Assembly (NCBI GenBank): GCA_016926735.1
Contig: JAFGOA010000187.1
Coordinates: 7,334 to 71,333 of the forward strand
Length of the DNA: 64,000 bases
Source: Promethearchaeota archaeon
GTDB taxonomy: Archaea > Asgardarchaeota > Lokiarchaeia > Sigyniarchaeales > SOKP01
Direction: 5' to 3'
In this document: piece after piece, positions 31,586 to 42,364 of the stretch
How the letters are laid out: each line of letters starts with the position of its first letter
How positions within the stretch are numbered: the stretch's first letter is position 1
Made by a program: the position numbers and the translations under genes
The notes under the pieces: model-generated
The model's database searches: none
What the model was told of the DNA's origin: nothing
What the model saw: the letters and a program-made list of their open reading frames with translations, nothing else

Positions 31586-33943
31586 TTATTCATTATTGTA
31601 TTTAAATCGACTTATTTTATAGATCTCTTGAGCCAATTTTTTCCCAATATTCTCAGTTTTCATAAGTTCGCCAATATCTGCATTGAAAATATTCTGTATT
31701 GTTCGTATTTCTTTTAATAGGCTTTTAGCTCTTAATATATTAATTCCCGGAATACTAGAAACAACATATTCTAATAAATAAGCCATATCAGATGGAGCTT
31801 TTTCAAATCTCAATTTGATATTACCTTTTGATGTTGATTGTTCTTTTTTTACCAAATGATATAAGAAAGTTGTAGTTTCATTGACATCTTTGGTTTTATA
31901 AATTGTAACACCTATTTTAAGAATTATGGACGAAATTGCTCCAAATATTGCATTTTCATTTATTGTAGTGTTCTCTAAAGGATCTCCTTCTAAGACAAGA
32001 ATTGCATTTTTGAAATTTTTTTTTAATTCAAAAAGCTCTTTAAATAATCTGCCATCTTTTATAGAATCCGTAAAGTCTTGAGCACTTTTTCTTTCTATTC
32101 CTGTATTTTCAGAAATAATATAATCTGCTATTTCAAGTTGTTCCAACTTTATATTTAAATTCATAAGAGATAGATTTCTAACAACCGGAGATGCTGTCTC
32201 TCTAGTATCACAAATAATTGTATACATTTCTTTATTTTCAGTATCTTCAGAAATAAATTCTGTCTTATTATGATTTATATTTCTGTTTTTAGGAATATTT
32301 TCTTTTTTTTTCTCTGATAAAAAACTCAAAAGGTCTTTTTGTTCCTTTTTCTGATTATTATTAATATCTAGTTCTTTGATTTTTTTTAAATTATTATACA
32401 TGTTTCTCTCTTTTTTTTTTTCTGCCCAATAATATCCTTCATCTCGAGTATTTTTCCCCATTAAAATATAAACTTTTCCTTCTTTCTTCCTTCCTGTCCG
32501 TCCTCTTCTTTGTATTGAGCGAATAGCACTAGGAACAACGTCGTAAAAAATGACCAAATCACATTCAGCTATATCTAAACCCTCTTCAGCTACACTTGTT
32601 CCTATGAGCGTGTTGTAAAAACCGTCTTTAAAATCTTTTAAGATATTTATTTGTTGCTTTTGTGTTAATCCTTTATCAGTTCCTTTATTTGCTTGACCAA
32701 TAAATTTATGAACTTTAATTACAGGATCATTTTTAAAAATTTTAACAATGTTATTTACAGAATCTCTATAATGACAGAAAACTAATATTCGAGATTCTGG
32801 AATCTGTTTTATTTGTTTATGAATAAGGTCTTTTAGTTTATCAATTTTAGGGTGGACTAAACCTTCTGATTGAATTTTATTTGTTAAATTTATTGCATTT
32901 TGTATGCTTCTATCTAAGAATAATTCTTTGAGAGATTTATTAGCAGTATTTTTTTTCAACTTTTCATTATTTTTTCCAAAATAATCTTTTAAAGCATTTA
33001 TTCCTTGAGTTTCCAATAATTCGATCATATGTGATAATCTTATAGCATTAGCCTGCAATTTTTTTGCTTTAAATAATTGAAATTTTTCTCCCTCATCATA
33101 AGTAGAATTAATTTGACGGCTAATTTGATTATTCAGATCCAATAAATCTTTACGAGTTATTTTATTTATATCCACGGAATTTATTAAATCAATATTTTTG
33201 AGGAATTTATATATAGATCTTAATTTATCAGTTAAAATCTTTAATATCTCCAAAAATTCTTCTGGAAGATCAACCTTAATCCACTCTTGTTCAATATTAT
33301 GAATATATGGCTTAACATCCGCATCCTTTTCTGTTCGAATTTCAATATTTTCAATAAATAAGTTTTCTTTTATTTCATTAATTTTTTCCTCAGTTGTCCC
33401 TGGACTTGCTGTAATACCAAGGATCTGGGAATTTTTTGATATATCTATATATTTTTTTGCAATGAAGCAATAAGCATAATCTCCTACTGCTCGATGGCAT
33501 TCATCAAATATAATTAAAGAAACATCTTTCAGAGAGTAGTTATTCGAAATTATATCATTTTGGAGTACTTGCGGGGTCATAAAAGATATTTTAATATCCT
33601 TCCAAATTTCTCTACGTTCTTCTGGAGAAATAGATCCTGTTATTGATTTTAAAGAATTTAAGTCAAGGGTAGTCAATTTCTGAAATGATTCATAATGTTG
33701 ATTTACAAGAGGTTTAGTAGGGGCGAGAAAAATAACTTTTGAATCCGGAAATTCTGCTAATCTATGAACTGCAAGCATAAGTGCTATTATTGTTTTACCT
33801 AAACCTGTTGGAATTATAACTAAAGAGTTATGATTTAAGCAATTGATAAAAATGTTTTCTTGATATAATCTTCTTATAACAAGATCTTTTTGTATTAATG
33901 GATGTGAAACATATGGATATTTATTTAAAGTCATACTATTCAA
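31586..33943 (-). CDS. hef: Hef helicase-nuclease (FANCM/XPF-like)
   Basis: PTGLGKT, DECH, TAS, QRRGRTGR, ERCC4 motif IERKS..D and C-terminal HhH. Confidence 0.95.
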   Translation of the reverse strand: MNSMTLNKYPYVSHPLIQKDLVIRRLYQENIFINCLNHNSLVIIPTGLGKTIIALMLAVHRLAEFPDSKVIFLAPTKPLVNQHYESFQKLTTLDLNSLKSITGSISPEERREIWKDIKISFMTPQVLQNDIISNNYSLKDVSLIIFDECHRAVGDYAYCFIAKKYIDISKNSQILGITASPGTTEEKINEIKENLFIENIEIRTEKDADVKPYIHNIEQEWIKVDLPEEFLEILKILTDKLRSIYKFLKNIDLINSVDINKITRKDLLDLNNQISRQINSTYDEGEKFQLFKAKKLQANAIRLSHMIELLETQGINALKDYFGKNNEKLKKNTANKSLKELFLDRSIQNAINLTNKIQSEGLVHPKIDKLKDLIHKQIKQIPESRILVFCHYRDSVNNIVKIFKNDPVIKVHKFIGQANKGTDKGLTQKQQINILKDFKDGFYNTLIGTSVAEEGLDIAECDLVIFYDVVPSAIRSIQRRGRTGRKKEGKVYILMGKNTRDEGYYWAEKKKERNMYNNLKKIKELDINNNQKKEQKDLLSFLSEKKKENIPKNRNINHNKTEFISEDTENKEMYTIICDTRETASPVVRNLSLMNLNIKLEQLEIADYIISENTGIERKSAQDFTDSIKDGRLFKELFELKKNFKNAILVLEGDPLENTTINENAIFGAISSIILKIGVTIYKTKDVNETTTFLYHLVKKEQSTSKGNIKLRFEKAPSDMAYLLEYVVSSIPGINILRAKSLLKEIRTIQNIFNADIGELMKTENIGKKLAQEIYKISRFKYNNE

Positions 33944-34149
33944 GATAAGAAATTATTATTAAATGGAATATAGTTATTATACAGGATTAAAAACTATATA
34001 AAATATTAGAGTCCTATGGAACACTTAAATCAAATTAATATCTTTTTAATAAATTATTTTTATAATTTCAAAAAATATTATTTTTCTATCGAGGAAACCT
34101 TAAGGTAAAAGTTTATTTCAAATAGGCGATTCTAAATTAATAATATTAA

Positions 34150-34316
34150 GCGCGGATAGTTTAGCCCGGTTATAACGACTTATTACTTTGGAGGACCATA
34201 GTAAAACGTTAAACGCTCACACCGTGTAAATAATTATTCTTTATTAATTATCACGACGGTCGAGGGTTCAACTTAGAAGTTCATCTCGAATTTCATTGGA
34301 AATCCCTCTCCGCGCA
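34150..34316 (+). tRNA. tRNA-Val(CAC) with three BHB introns (positions 28/29, 44/45, 59/60)
   Basis: Exons 34150-34179, 34213-34228, 34258-34272 and 34303-34316 join to a 75-nt cloverleaf: GCGCGGA TA GTTT AGCCCGGTTA TAAC G ACACG CTCACAC CGTGT AGGTC GAGGG TTCAACT CCCTC TCCGCGC A. No encoded CCA. Confidence 0.93.
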
Positions 34317-34443
34317 TTATTTAATAACATATCAATCTAGAATGAACTTAACTTTAACTGATATATTCATTATTTTTAATAATAAAAATTAAATGAAATG
34401 TTATATTTCATAATATAACTACTCTTTCTAGGTATTATTAAAA

Positions 34444-34746
34444 GTGTCAAGTTTCTTAGAATCTCGAGAATTAAGAAAGAAATATAAAGAAGTAAGAGAA
34501 TATGTAAAGATTGGTCCTATCTTCTTAACACGTTATGAAAAAGCCAGAATTGTTGGTGCAAGAGCACTTCAAATTAGTTTTGGTGCACCAATTCTTGTTG
34601 AAAAACCAAATGATATGATTGATCCAATAAGAATCGCTCAATTAGAACTTAAGTCAGGAATTCTTCCTCTAACAATCAGAAGAGAAATGCCAAGTGAAGA
34701 ATTTCAAGATGTTCCAATTAATAAATTAATACTAAAAAAGGATTAA
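34444..34746 (+). CDS. rpo6: RNA polymerase subunit Rpo6/K
   Basis: LTRYEKARIVGARALQIS.GAP and LPLTIRR. Confidence 0.97.
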   Translation: MSSFLESRELRKKYKEVREYVKIGPIFLTRYEKARIVGARALQISFGAPILVEKPNDMIDPIRIAQLELKSGILPLTIRREMPSEEFQDVPINKLILKKD

Positions 34747-34924
34747 TTGGATTTTTTCCTTAATTTAATATTTTAATATATTCATCATTAATTCTTATGA
34801 AATTCTCAATATTTTTTTATTTTAAAAATCACATGGAAATTTATGTAATTATCAGAACTTTAAAAAATTACAGAGACCAATAATAAAAATAAAGATATAA
34901 AATTACTTTGTTTCTCATATCTTT

Positions 34925-35356
34925 CTATTGAATTCTATATTTTCCTCTTTCAGTAAGATAATAAACCCTATTCTCACCAACAATCTCAGATGTAACATAT
35001 CCTTTAGAGATTAAGGTTCCTAATATTTCTTCTAATTCTGCTTTTTTATATGGTTCATTTCCCATTGGAATTCTACTTTGGTTTGCGATAATTGCAATTC
35101 TATTTAGGAACATTCGTTTATTTTGTATTGATTCTATTATTGTCATTTCATCATTACTAAGTTTTTGAAAACTATCATGAGTAATAATTTGATCTTTTAA
35201 TGTTTTAGCTAAGTTTAGCGTTTCAGGGCTTGCTTCTTGTTTTTGAGTTTCAACATGAGTTAACTCAACCATATCTTTAGCTACTTTTTGTTCTTTCTTT
35301 TTAGCGGCTTCTTCAAAATGAGATAATAACTCATTCTTTTTTTCTTCATCATTCAT
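34925..35356 (-). CDS. Winged-helix hypothetical protein
   Basis: C-terminal LISKGYV....YYLTERG wing. Confidence 0.65.
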   Translation of the reverse strand: MNDEEKKNELLSHFEEAAKKKEQKVAKDMVELTHVETQKQEASPETLNLAKTLKDQIITHDSFQKLSNDEMTIIESIQNKRMFLNRIAIIANQSRIPMGNEPYKKAELEEILGTLISKGYVTSEIVGENRVYYLTERGKYRIQ

Positions 35357-35401
35357 AGTAATACAATAAACAAATTAATTATAAAAATTTATTATTCAAT
35401 A

Positions 35402-35974
35402 ATGAAAGAATATTTCAAATTGAGTAATGGAGAAGAAATTCTAATTAGACATGTCAAAAGAGCAGATATTAATGGAATTTGGAAAAACTTTAATGAAGTA
35501 GTGAAAGAAGGTATATTTCTTCCTGTTCTTTTTACAATTGATTCTCAATTTGAAAAACAATCATGGTTTGACAATATTAAAAAATCAAATGAATTATGTA
35601 TTGTGGCTGAAAACCTTAATTTACAACCCCCATCCAACAATATTATTGGACAATGTGAAATAACCAATATAGAATGGGATGCTGCAATGCATGTTGGAAA
35701 TCTAGGGATAATCGTAAATAAAAATTATAGAAATATGGGTATTGGAAAAAAATTAATCTTATCTGCAATTGAAGAATCTAAAAAAATAAATAAAAAGAAA
35801 CTAGTTTTAAGCTGTTTTTCAAATAATAGACGAGCTTTAAATTTATATGAAAATCTAGGATTTAAAAAAATTGGAATCAGAAGAAGACAATTTTTAATTG
35901 ATTCTACTTATTATGATGAATTACTTATGGAATTGTTTATTAATGAAGATTTTGATGATATAAAAAAACTATAA
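35402..35974 (+). CDS. GNAT N-acetyltransferase
   Basis: V..NYRNMGIGKKL and N.RALNLYENLGF. Confidence 0.88.
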   Translation: MKEYFKLSNGEEILIRHVKRADINGIWKNFNEVVKEGIFLPVLFTIDSQFEKQSWFDNIKKSNELCIVAENLNLQPPSNNIIGQCEITNIEWDAAMHVGNLGIIVNKNYRNMGIGKKLILSAIEESKKINKKKLVLSCFSNNRRALNLYENLGFKKIGIRRRQFLIDSTYYDELLMELFINEDFDDIKKL

Positions 35975-35991
35975 CCTCCTCTGTAAAAGCA

Positions 35992-36434
35992 AGTAAATCT
36001 GATACTATAGGGAACTACTAAAACTAAAGGTTGAAGCTTCTTAGGAATGTACAATCATCTCTACTATGGATTGGTCTGTATATTTTAAAAACCTATTCTA
36101 TTGTGTTAGATATAATTCCTCATTCATAGAGGATTGATACGATAGGAAATCATATGTAATTTACATATGCTTTTCTATTGGAAAATTATAATTTTCTTTC
36201 CAATTCTTCATTCGCTTAGCTAACGCAAAATTAAAAATAAGACAACATTTTTCAGAGAAAAACCATAGAAGATATTCTTATTCCTCTGATGAATATAATA
36301 GTCTTTTCGGGTTAGCAACATTATTATAAAAAGAATAGGAGAACCACTAAATACAGGAAGACTCCAAAGATTTACTATTATGAAAAGATACACTCAAATC
36401 ATTTCCTCTTGAAAAAGAGGTGTCTTCTTGAGTG
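35992..36434. ncRNA. Putative structured non-coding element, identity unknown
   Basis: ORF-free gap with nested complementary segments and several hairpins (see findings). No RNA family signature recognised. Confidence 0.35.
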
Positions 36435-36459
36435 ATAAAATAAAGGATAAAATTTTAGT

Positions 36460-37575
36460 TTAGGTGTAAATATAATCTTTTACACTATGTTCTTTATCAA
36501 TAATTTCCGCTAATGCATCATTAAAATCTTTTTGATCTATAAAAGATTTTAGTTGTCTTAATGCTTTTATACCTGCTTCAGTTACTAAAGCTTTAATATG
36601 AGCTCCACTAAATCCATCAGTTTTTTTTGCGATCTCTTCAAAGTTTACATTTTTTAAATTCATTTTTCTAGAGTGGATTTTTAAAATCATTAATCTTGCT
36701 TCTTCATTTGGTAAATTGAATTTAATAATACGATCAAATCGACCAGGACGTAATATTGCAGGATCCAAAACATCTACTCGATTTGTAGCAGCTAGGAACA
36801 TAATATTATCCGTATTCGCAAAACCATCTAACTCTGATAATAATTGCATAAAAGTTCTCTGTACTTCTCTATCTCCTTTATATACTTCACTTGTACGCTT
36901 AATAGCAATTGCATCTATCTCATCAATAAAAATAATTGCTGGAGTGTTTTCTTTTGCTAAACTAAATACTTCTCTTACCATACGAGAACCTTCTCCAATG
37001 AATTTTTGAACTAAATCTGAACCAACCAAATGAATAAACCTTGCTTTGGTTGAATTAGCAATAGCTTTTGCTAATAAGGTTTTTCCTGTCCCAGGAGGTC
37101 CTGATAACAAAGCTCCAGAGGGAGGATCGATACCAATTTGTTCAAATAATTCTGGATGTAATAATGGTAATTCTATAACTTCTCTTATTGCTTGTATTTG
37201 CGCATCTAATCCTCCAATATCTTGAAATGTAGCATCTGGAATTTCTACTAACTCCATACCTGCTACATGACCTCTAATTTTCCTTGATAATATCTCTAAA
37301 ATTTGATAACTTTGTGGGTGAAGTGAAACTTGATCTCCTGCTTGAGGGTCAATTATTTCATTTGGAGGCAATATTATACGATTTCCAGGTGCATGAGATA
37401 TGATGACTCTCTTGTCTTCTAGAACACGTTCAACAGAACCAATTATTAAAGGTCTTTTTTTTAAATTAGTTAGTAGATCTTTAAAACTCGAAACTTGATT
37501 TTTTAACTGTTCATTCTCTTTTTCTAAATAACTAAGTCTTTTCTGATACTTCTTAATATCTATTTCTGTCATCAT
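36460..37575 (-). CDS. pan: Proteasome-activating nucleotidase
   Basis: Coiled coil, OB domain, GPPGTGKT, FIDEID, EVQRT, RPGRFDR and HbYX tail IYT. Confidence 0.94.
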   Translation of the reverse strand: MMTEIDIKKYQKRLSYLEKENEQLKNQVSSFKDLLTNLKKRPLIIGSVERVLEDKRVIISHAPGNRIILPPNEIIDPQAGDQVSLHPQSYQILEILSRKIRGHVAGMELVEIPDATFQDIGGLDAQIQAIREVIELPLLHPELFEQIGIDPPSGALLSGPPGTGKTLLAKAIANSTKARFIHLVGSDLVQKFIGEGSRMVREVFSLAKENTPAIIFIDEIDAIAIKRTSEVYKGDREVQRTFMQLLSELDGFANTDNIMFLAATNRVDVLDPAILRPGRFDRIIKFNLPNEEARLMILKIHSRKMNLKNVNFEEIAKKTDGFSGAHIKALVTEAGIKALRQLKSFIDQKDFNDALAEIIDKEHSVKDYIYT

Positions 37576-37995
37576 TTACAATATATATAAATTAAAAGTC
37601 CCAAAAATAATTATTTATTTTATTTCTATTTTTATTTACAATAATTATAATTAATTTTGTAATTATTCGGTTAAATTTTCCAAAATAGAAATAAATCTTT
37701 AGACATAATGAATTTAAGGTATTTATGGGAATTTGCTAATAGATAATTCTTAAATATCTTAAAATGATTATTTTATCTCATGTATTTATAAAGGTTTAAG
37801 TTTTGTATTAAAAAAATTTATAAAGATCAAATATTATTATACATTTAATTTTAATTTATAACGATTTCAAAAATGAGTTATAAAGATAAAAATATATAAA
37901 TGATATAAACTATATTATAAGGAGTAATACCAATTATTCCTAATTAAAACATAAATTAAATTAAAAAAAATCTTAAAAAACAAGGCTGAAAAAAA

Positions 37996-39141
37996 ATGGC
38001 AGAAGAAGAAAGTTTTTTAAACGCAAAGGCCTTAGTTGTTGATAATGGTACTGGTATTTCTAAGAATGGATTTGCAGGTGAAGATCAACCTAGATCTGTA
38101 TTTCCTACTCTAATTGGGTATCCTAAATATGAATCCATCATGACTGATGTTGAACACTATACCCGTGAGTATTATATTGGGGAAGAGGCTATGCAACTAA
38201 AAGGTGTTCTTAAATTAATGTTCCCAGTCGAACATGGTATTATTGAGGATTGGACCGCTATGGAAAAGATATGGCATTATACATTCTATACAGATCTAAG
38301 AATTGATCCTTCCGAACATCCTGTACTCTTAACTGAAGCACCATTAAATCCAAGACCAAATAGAGAGAAAATGGCAGAAATAATGTTTGAAACATTTAAC
38401 ACTCCTGCTCTCTATGTAGCAATGCAAGCTGTATTATCTTTGTATGCTTCTGGTCGTACAACTGGGTGTGTTATTGATATTGGTGATGGTGTATCACACG
38501 TTGTCCCTATATTTGAAGGATTTGCTTTAAGTCATGCAATTCAAAGAATAGATTTAGCTGGAAGAGATATTACAACCTATCTACAAAGATTACTTAGACA
38601 AAAAGGGTATTCTTTTACGACATCCGCAGAAAAGGAAATTGTACGCGATATTAAAGAGAAATTATGTTATGTAGCTATTGATCCTGAGAAAGAAATGATG
38701 CTTTCCAAGAAAGTTGCAGGAATGGAAAAGAGCTATATGTTACCTGATGGGGAAACGATTAATGTTGGTGTTGAACGATTCTTAGCACCAGAATGCTTCT
38801 TTAATCCATCTGTTATTGGAAAAGAATTAGAGCCTTTGGATGATGTAATTGTAAATGCTATATCCGAATGTGATGTTGATCTTAGACGTGATTTATACAG
38901 CAACATAGTCTTATCTGGTGGATCTACAATGTTCCCAGGTATAAAAGAACGATTAACTAAAGAAATTAAAGAGCAAATTCCTGAATCAGTCGATGTTAAA
39001 ATCATTGCTCCACCAGAAAGAATGTATTCTGTCTGGATTGGTGGATCAATTCTAAGTTCTCTTAAAACATTCCATAGAATGTGGGTAACTAGGCGCGAAT
39101 ATAAAGAGATGGGGCCTCAAGTAATTCATAGATGCTTCTAA
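37996..39141 (+). CDS. Eukaryote-like actin (Lokiactin type)
   Basis: [70 protein letters not shown] and IHRCF end. Confidence 0.97.
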   Translation: MAEEESFLNAKALVVDNGTGISKNGFAGEDQPRSVFPTLIGYPKYESIMTDVEHYTREYYIGEEAMQLKGVLKLMFPVEHGIIEDWTAMEKIWHYTFYTDLRIDPSEHPVLLTEAPLNPRPNREKMAEIMFETFNTPALYVAMQAVLSLYASGRTTGCVIDIGDGVSHVVPIFEGFALSHAIQRIDLAGRDITTYLQRLLRQKGYSFTTSAEKEIVRDIKEKLCYVAIDPEKEMMLSKKVAGMEKSYMLPDGETINVGVERFLAPECFFNPSVIGKELEPLDDVIVNAISECDVDLRRDLYSNIVLSGGSTMFPGIKERLTKEIKEQIPESVDVKIIAPPERMYSVWIGGSILSSLKTFHRMWVTRREYKEMGPQVIHRCF

Positions 39142-39200
39142 TTTCGCTTTAAGCGAAAAATTAAAATTTTTGAATTTTTTTATTTTCTCTTTTTTTTATT
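39142..39200 (+). terminator. Hairpin plus T-tracts right after actin
   Basis: TTTCGCTT-T-AAGCGAAA (39142-39158), followed by long T runs. Confidence 0.5.
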
Positions 39201-39288
39201 ATTTTTAAAAATTTGTAATATTTTTTACGATTATCAGATAAATTCTTGATATATCTATTAATTTCAAGAAATTTTGATTATTTATGAA

Positions 39289-39819
39289 TTAGTCCAATTC
39301 TAATGTATGTTCTTGAATTAATATTTTTATAACATTATTAAATATTTCTTCAATATTGTCTCCAGTCAAAGAGGATATTTCATAAAATCCATTCAGATTA
39401 TAGGATTCTTGAATATCATTTCCCCTGTTGGAAGGAACTTCTCTATATTTCTCAAGATCCTTTTTTGTGCCAATTAATAGAATAGGTATATTATTTGTGT
39501 TCTCTTTTACAATATTGATCCATATAGGAAGATGATCATAAGAGTTATTATTTTTAATATCATATAGTATAAGTGCAACATCTGCTCCTGTACAATATTT
39601 TGGAAGAATTGATCTAAAACGCTCTTCCCCTCCAAAATCCCAAATTTGGAATTTAAATAATTTATCACCGTATTCTATAAATTTTGAAAATATATCTATA
39701 CCTATCGTCTGTTTTAGATTATCTCTAAATAACCCAGTAACATAACGATATGTTAAAGTAGTTTTTCCTACTCCCTTATCTCCTAAAATTATTAATTTAA
39801 AAACAAACTCTTGATTCAT
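39289..39819 (-). CDS. Rab-like small GTPase
   Basis: GDKGVGKT, TIGIDI, WDFGGE, TKKD and EISS.TG. Confidence 0.9.
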   Translation of the reverse strand: MNQEFVFKLIILGDKGVGKTTLTYRYVTGLFRDNLKQTIGIDIFSKFIEYGDKLFKFQIWDFGGEERFRSILPKYCTGADVALILYDIKNNNSYDHLPIWINIVKENTNNIPILLIGTKKDLEKYREVPSNRGNDIQESYNLNGFYEISSLTGDNIEEIFNNVIKILIQEHTLELD

Positions 39820-40234
39820 TTTTTTTTTTTAATTTTTAATCTCTAATATCATATATTTTTTATGTATTAGTATTTAATATTTACGTCTATTTAAATTATA
39901 AAAATTATATATTGTAAATATATCACGTATATATTATACCGCAAAATTAATGTTAAGATAACTATAAATTTAACCTATCAACCAGTTTTATCATCCTATT
40001 CAATATATAGAAATTATTTTGTCGAAACCATATGGAGATGATTATTTTAGATTTTATCTTCTGAAAGAGTACTTTTTAGGTCTATTGAATAAAGATTTTT
40101 TTAAATACTCCCTTTCAATTAACCTATCTACATCATATTATATTAAATTACAAATTATAAAAGAAAATAAAAAAATTTTTTTGTTATTTGAATTTAGAAA
40201 TATCAACAATAAAAATATTATCAGATGATTTAAT

Positions 40235-42175
40235 TTGCCTACTATGGATAGACGATTCATTGATGAGGAAGGTAAAGTATTAATGTTAGGAAATGAAGCA
40301 ATTATAAGGGGATGTTTAGAAGTAGGTGTAAGCTTTGTTTCCCAATATCCTGGAACACCAACAAGTGATATAGGTGAGACCTTTCAGAAATTACTGAGAG
40401 AACAACCGGAATTACAAAATTATTTAGTACATCATTGGGGTATCAATGAAGCTGTAGCCTCCTCTGAATGTGCGGGAGCCGCCTGGACAGGTTGTAAATC
40501 ATTAAATCCAATGAAACATGTAGGATTAAATGTTGCAAGTGATCCTTTAAGTGTTATTGCTCTTAATGGACCCAACCCTGGGGCAATGGTAATATTAGTT
40601 GGTTCTGATCCTGGGAGTTTGGGATCTCATCAAGAACAAAATGAACGATTTTATACTTGGATGTTTCATTTTCCTTGCTTTGAGCCTCATACACCTCAAG
40701 ATTGTAAAGATTATATCAAACTAGCTTTCAAATTATCTGAACAATATGATACTGTTTTTGAAATAAGAACTTCAACAAGAAGTGCCCACTCTAGAGGTTT
40801 TGTTAATTTAGAGCCTATAATAAAAGGAAAGAAAAAAGGAGAATTTATAAGAAATATTCCAAAATATAATTCTCTCCCTCCTCATGCAATTAATAATCAC
40901 ATAAGACTTTACGAAAGAATTGAAAAGCTAAGAGAAATTATACCAAAATTAGGAGTAAATAAAGTAATAGAAGGAAATAATAAAATAGGGATTATAACTA
41001 GTGGAATGCCTTATGGATATACTTTGGAAGCATTAGATCAATTAGGATTAAATGATGTACCTATATTAAAATTAGGACTAATCTATCCATTAAATTATAA
41101 TGAAATTTCAGATTTTCTTAAAGATTTAGATAAAGTTATAATAATAGAAGAATTAGAACCCTTTTTAGAAGTAAAAATATCAGAAATTGCACATAAAAAG
41201 GCAATTAATGTTGAAATAATCGGTGAAAAATATTTTCCTAAATCAAATGAATTTTCTACGGGATTAGTTGCATCATGTTTAGCAAAAATATTTAAAAAAG
41301 AACCAAGTAATCAAATGATAAAAGCTATTGATTATTTTAATTCATATAAAAACATAATTCCAAGTAGGTTTCCCTCTTTTTGTGCTGGATGTCCAGAAAG
41401 AGCAACGCTCTATACAATTCTTAAAGCAACTAATCAGTTAGAAAATACAGTAGTATGTGGTGATATTGGATGTTTTGTAATGAGTTTTTTTCCTCCTCAA
41501 CAATGCAGTGATTTAGTAATTTGTATGTCAGGTGGACTAAGTGCGGCAATCGGTATGTCTACAAAAACAGATCAAAAAGTTATTGCCTATATGGGAGACT
41601 CAACTTTTTTACACACTGGAATGAGTCCATTAGCTGAAGCGGCAAGTTATGATTCAAATATACTATTATTTATCTTTGAAAATAGTTGGACAGCTATGAC
41701 TGGCCATCAACCAGTACTAGGATTGATTGAAAAAAGAATATCTATTGAAAAAATCTGTAAAGCAATTGGAGTACAATGGCTCAGAGTTGAAGATTCTTAT
41801 AACCCAAAAAAATTAATCTCAAGTATAGAGAAAGCATTTGAGACTAAGGGGCTTAAAGTAATTATAGTAAAAAGAGAATGTGCTCTACAGGCTCATAGAT
41901 GGAGAATGAAACAAAGAAGAGAATTAAATAATCAAGGCAAAAGAACACAAGAGGTTATGTATCATATTACGGGGTGTCAGATGTGTTATGAATGCGCTCG
42001 TATATTGAGTTGTCCTGCAATAAGAAAAATTGAAAAAGATGGATATGAAACCATGCAAATTGACGATGATAGATGTGTAAAATGTGGTGTCTGTTATGAA
42101 GTTTGTCCTAATGGAGCCATTCATAAATCTATTATTAATGCTTTAGATGAAGAAGTTCCCTTTCGAGAACTCTGA
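40235..42175 (+). CDS. iorA: Indolepyruvate:ferredoxin oxidoreductase alpha subunit
   Basis: MLGNEA, YPGTP, MKHVGLNVA.D, FCAGCP, GDIGC, GDSTFLH.G, TAMTG.Q and C-terminal 2x[4Fe-4S] cysteines. Confidence 0.93.
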   Translation: MPTMDRRFIDEEGKVLMLGNEAIIRGCLEVGVSFVSQYPGTPTSDIGETFQKLLREQPELQNYLVHHWGINEAVASSECAGAAWTGCKSLNPMKHVGLNVASDPLSVIALNGPNPGAMVILVGSDPGSLGSHQEQNERFYTWMFHFPCFEPHTPQDCKDYIKLAFKLSEQYDTVFEIRTSTRSAHSRGFVNLEPIIKGKKKGEFIRNIPKYNSLPPHAINNHIRLYERIEKLREIIPKLGVNKVIEGNNKIGIITSGMPYGYTLEALDQLGLNDVPILKLGLIYPLNYNEISDFLKDLDKVIIIEELEPFLEVKISEIAHKKAINVEIIGEKYFPKSNEFSTGLVASCLAKIFKKEPSNQMIKAIDYFNSYKNIIPSRFPSFCAGCPERATLYTILKATNQLENTVVCGDIGCFVMSFFPPQQCSDLVICMSGGLSAAIGMSTKTDQKVIAYMGDSTFLHTGMSPLAEAASYDSNILLFIFENSWTAMTGHQPVLGLIEKRISIEKICKAIGVQWLRVEDSYNPKKLISSIEKAFETKGLKVIIVKRECALQAHRWRMKQRRELNNQGKRTQEVMYHITGCQMCYECARILSCPAIRKIEKDGYETMQIDDDRCVKCGVCYEVCPNGAIHKSIINALDEEVPFREL

Positions 42176-42364
42176 ATTCATTTTAGAGGTAATATTATTT
42201 TTAATATCTATTTCATTTTTTGATAAGAACTACAAGTCTAAAATATTATTTGATATAATAAATCAATGATTTCTAAATATCTAAAATTTGAAATCAAATA
42301 TCCTAAAATTTTTATGAAATATCATATATAATTAATTTAAAAATTGATTAATTAGGATGTAATA

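Noticed and set aside
34229-34257. Shared TCTTTATT between tRNA intron 2 and the iorB intron as evidence of common origin
   Set aside because: An AT-rich 8-mer is expected by chance in this genome and sits in different structural positions in the two introns.
35975-36434. RNase P RNA, SRP RNA or SECIS identity for the structured gap
   Set aside because: No convincing P4 pairing, no SRP helix-8 CAGG/GGAA/AGCA motif, and no neighbouring gene with an in-frame TGA.
40019-40228. 69-aa ORF upstream of iorA
   Set aside because: TTG start, low-complexity AT-rich content, no motif, and it occupies the probable promoter region.
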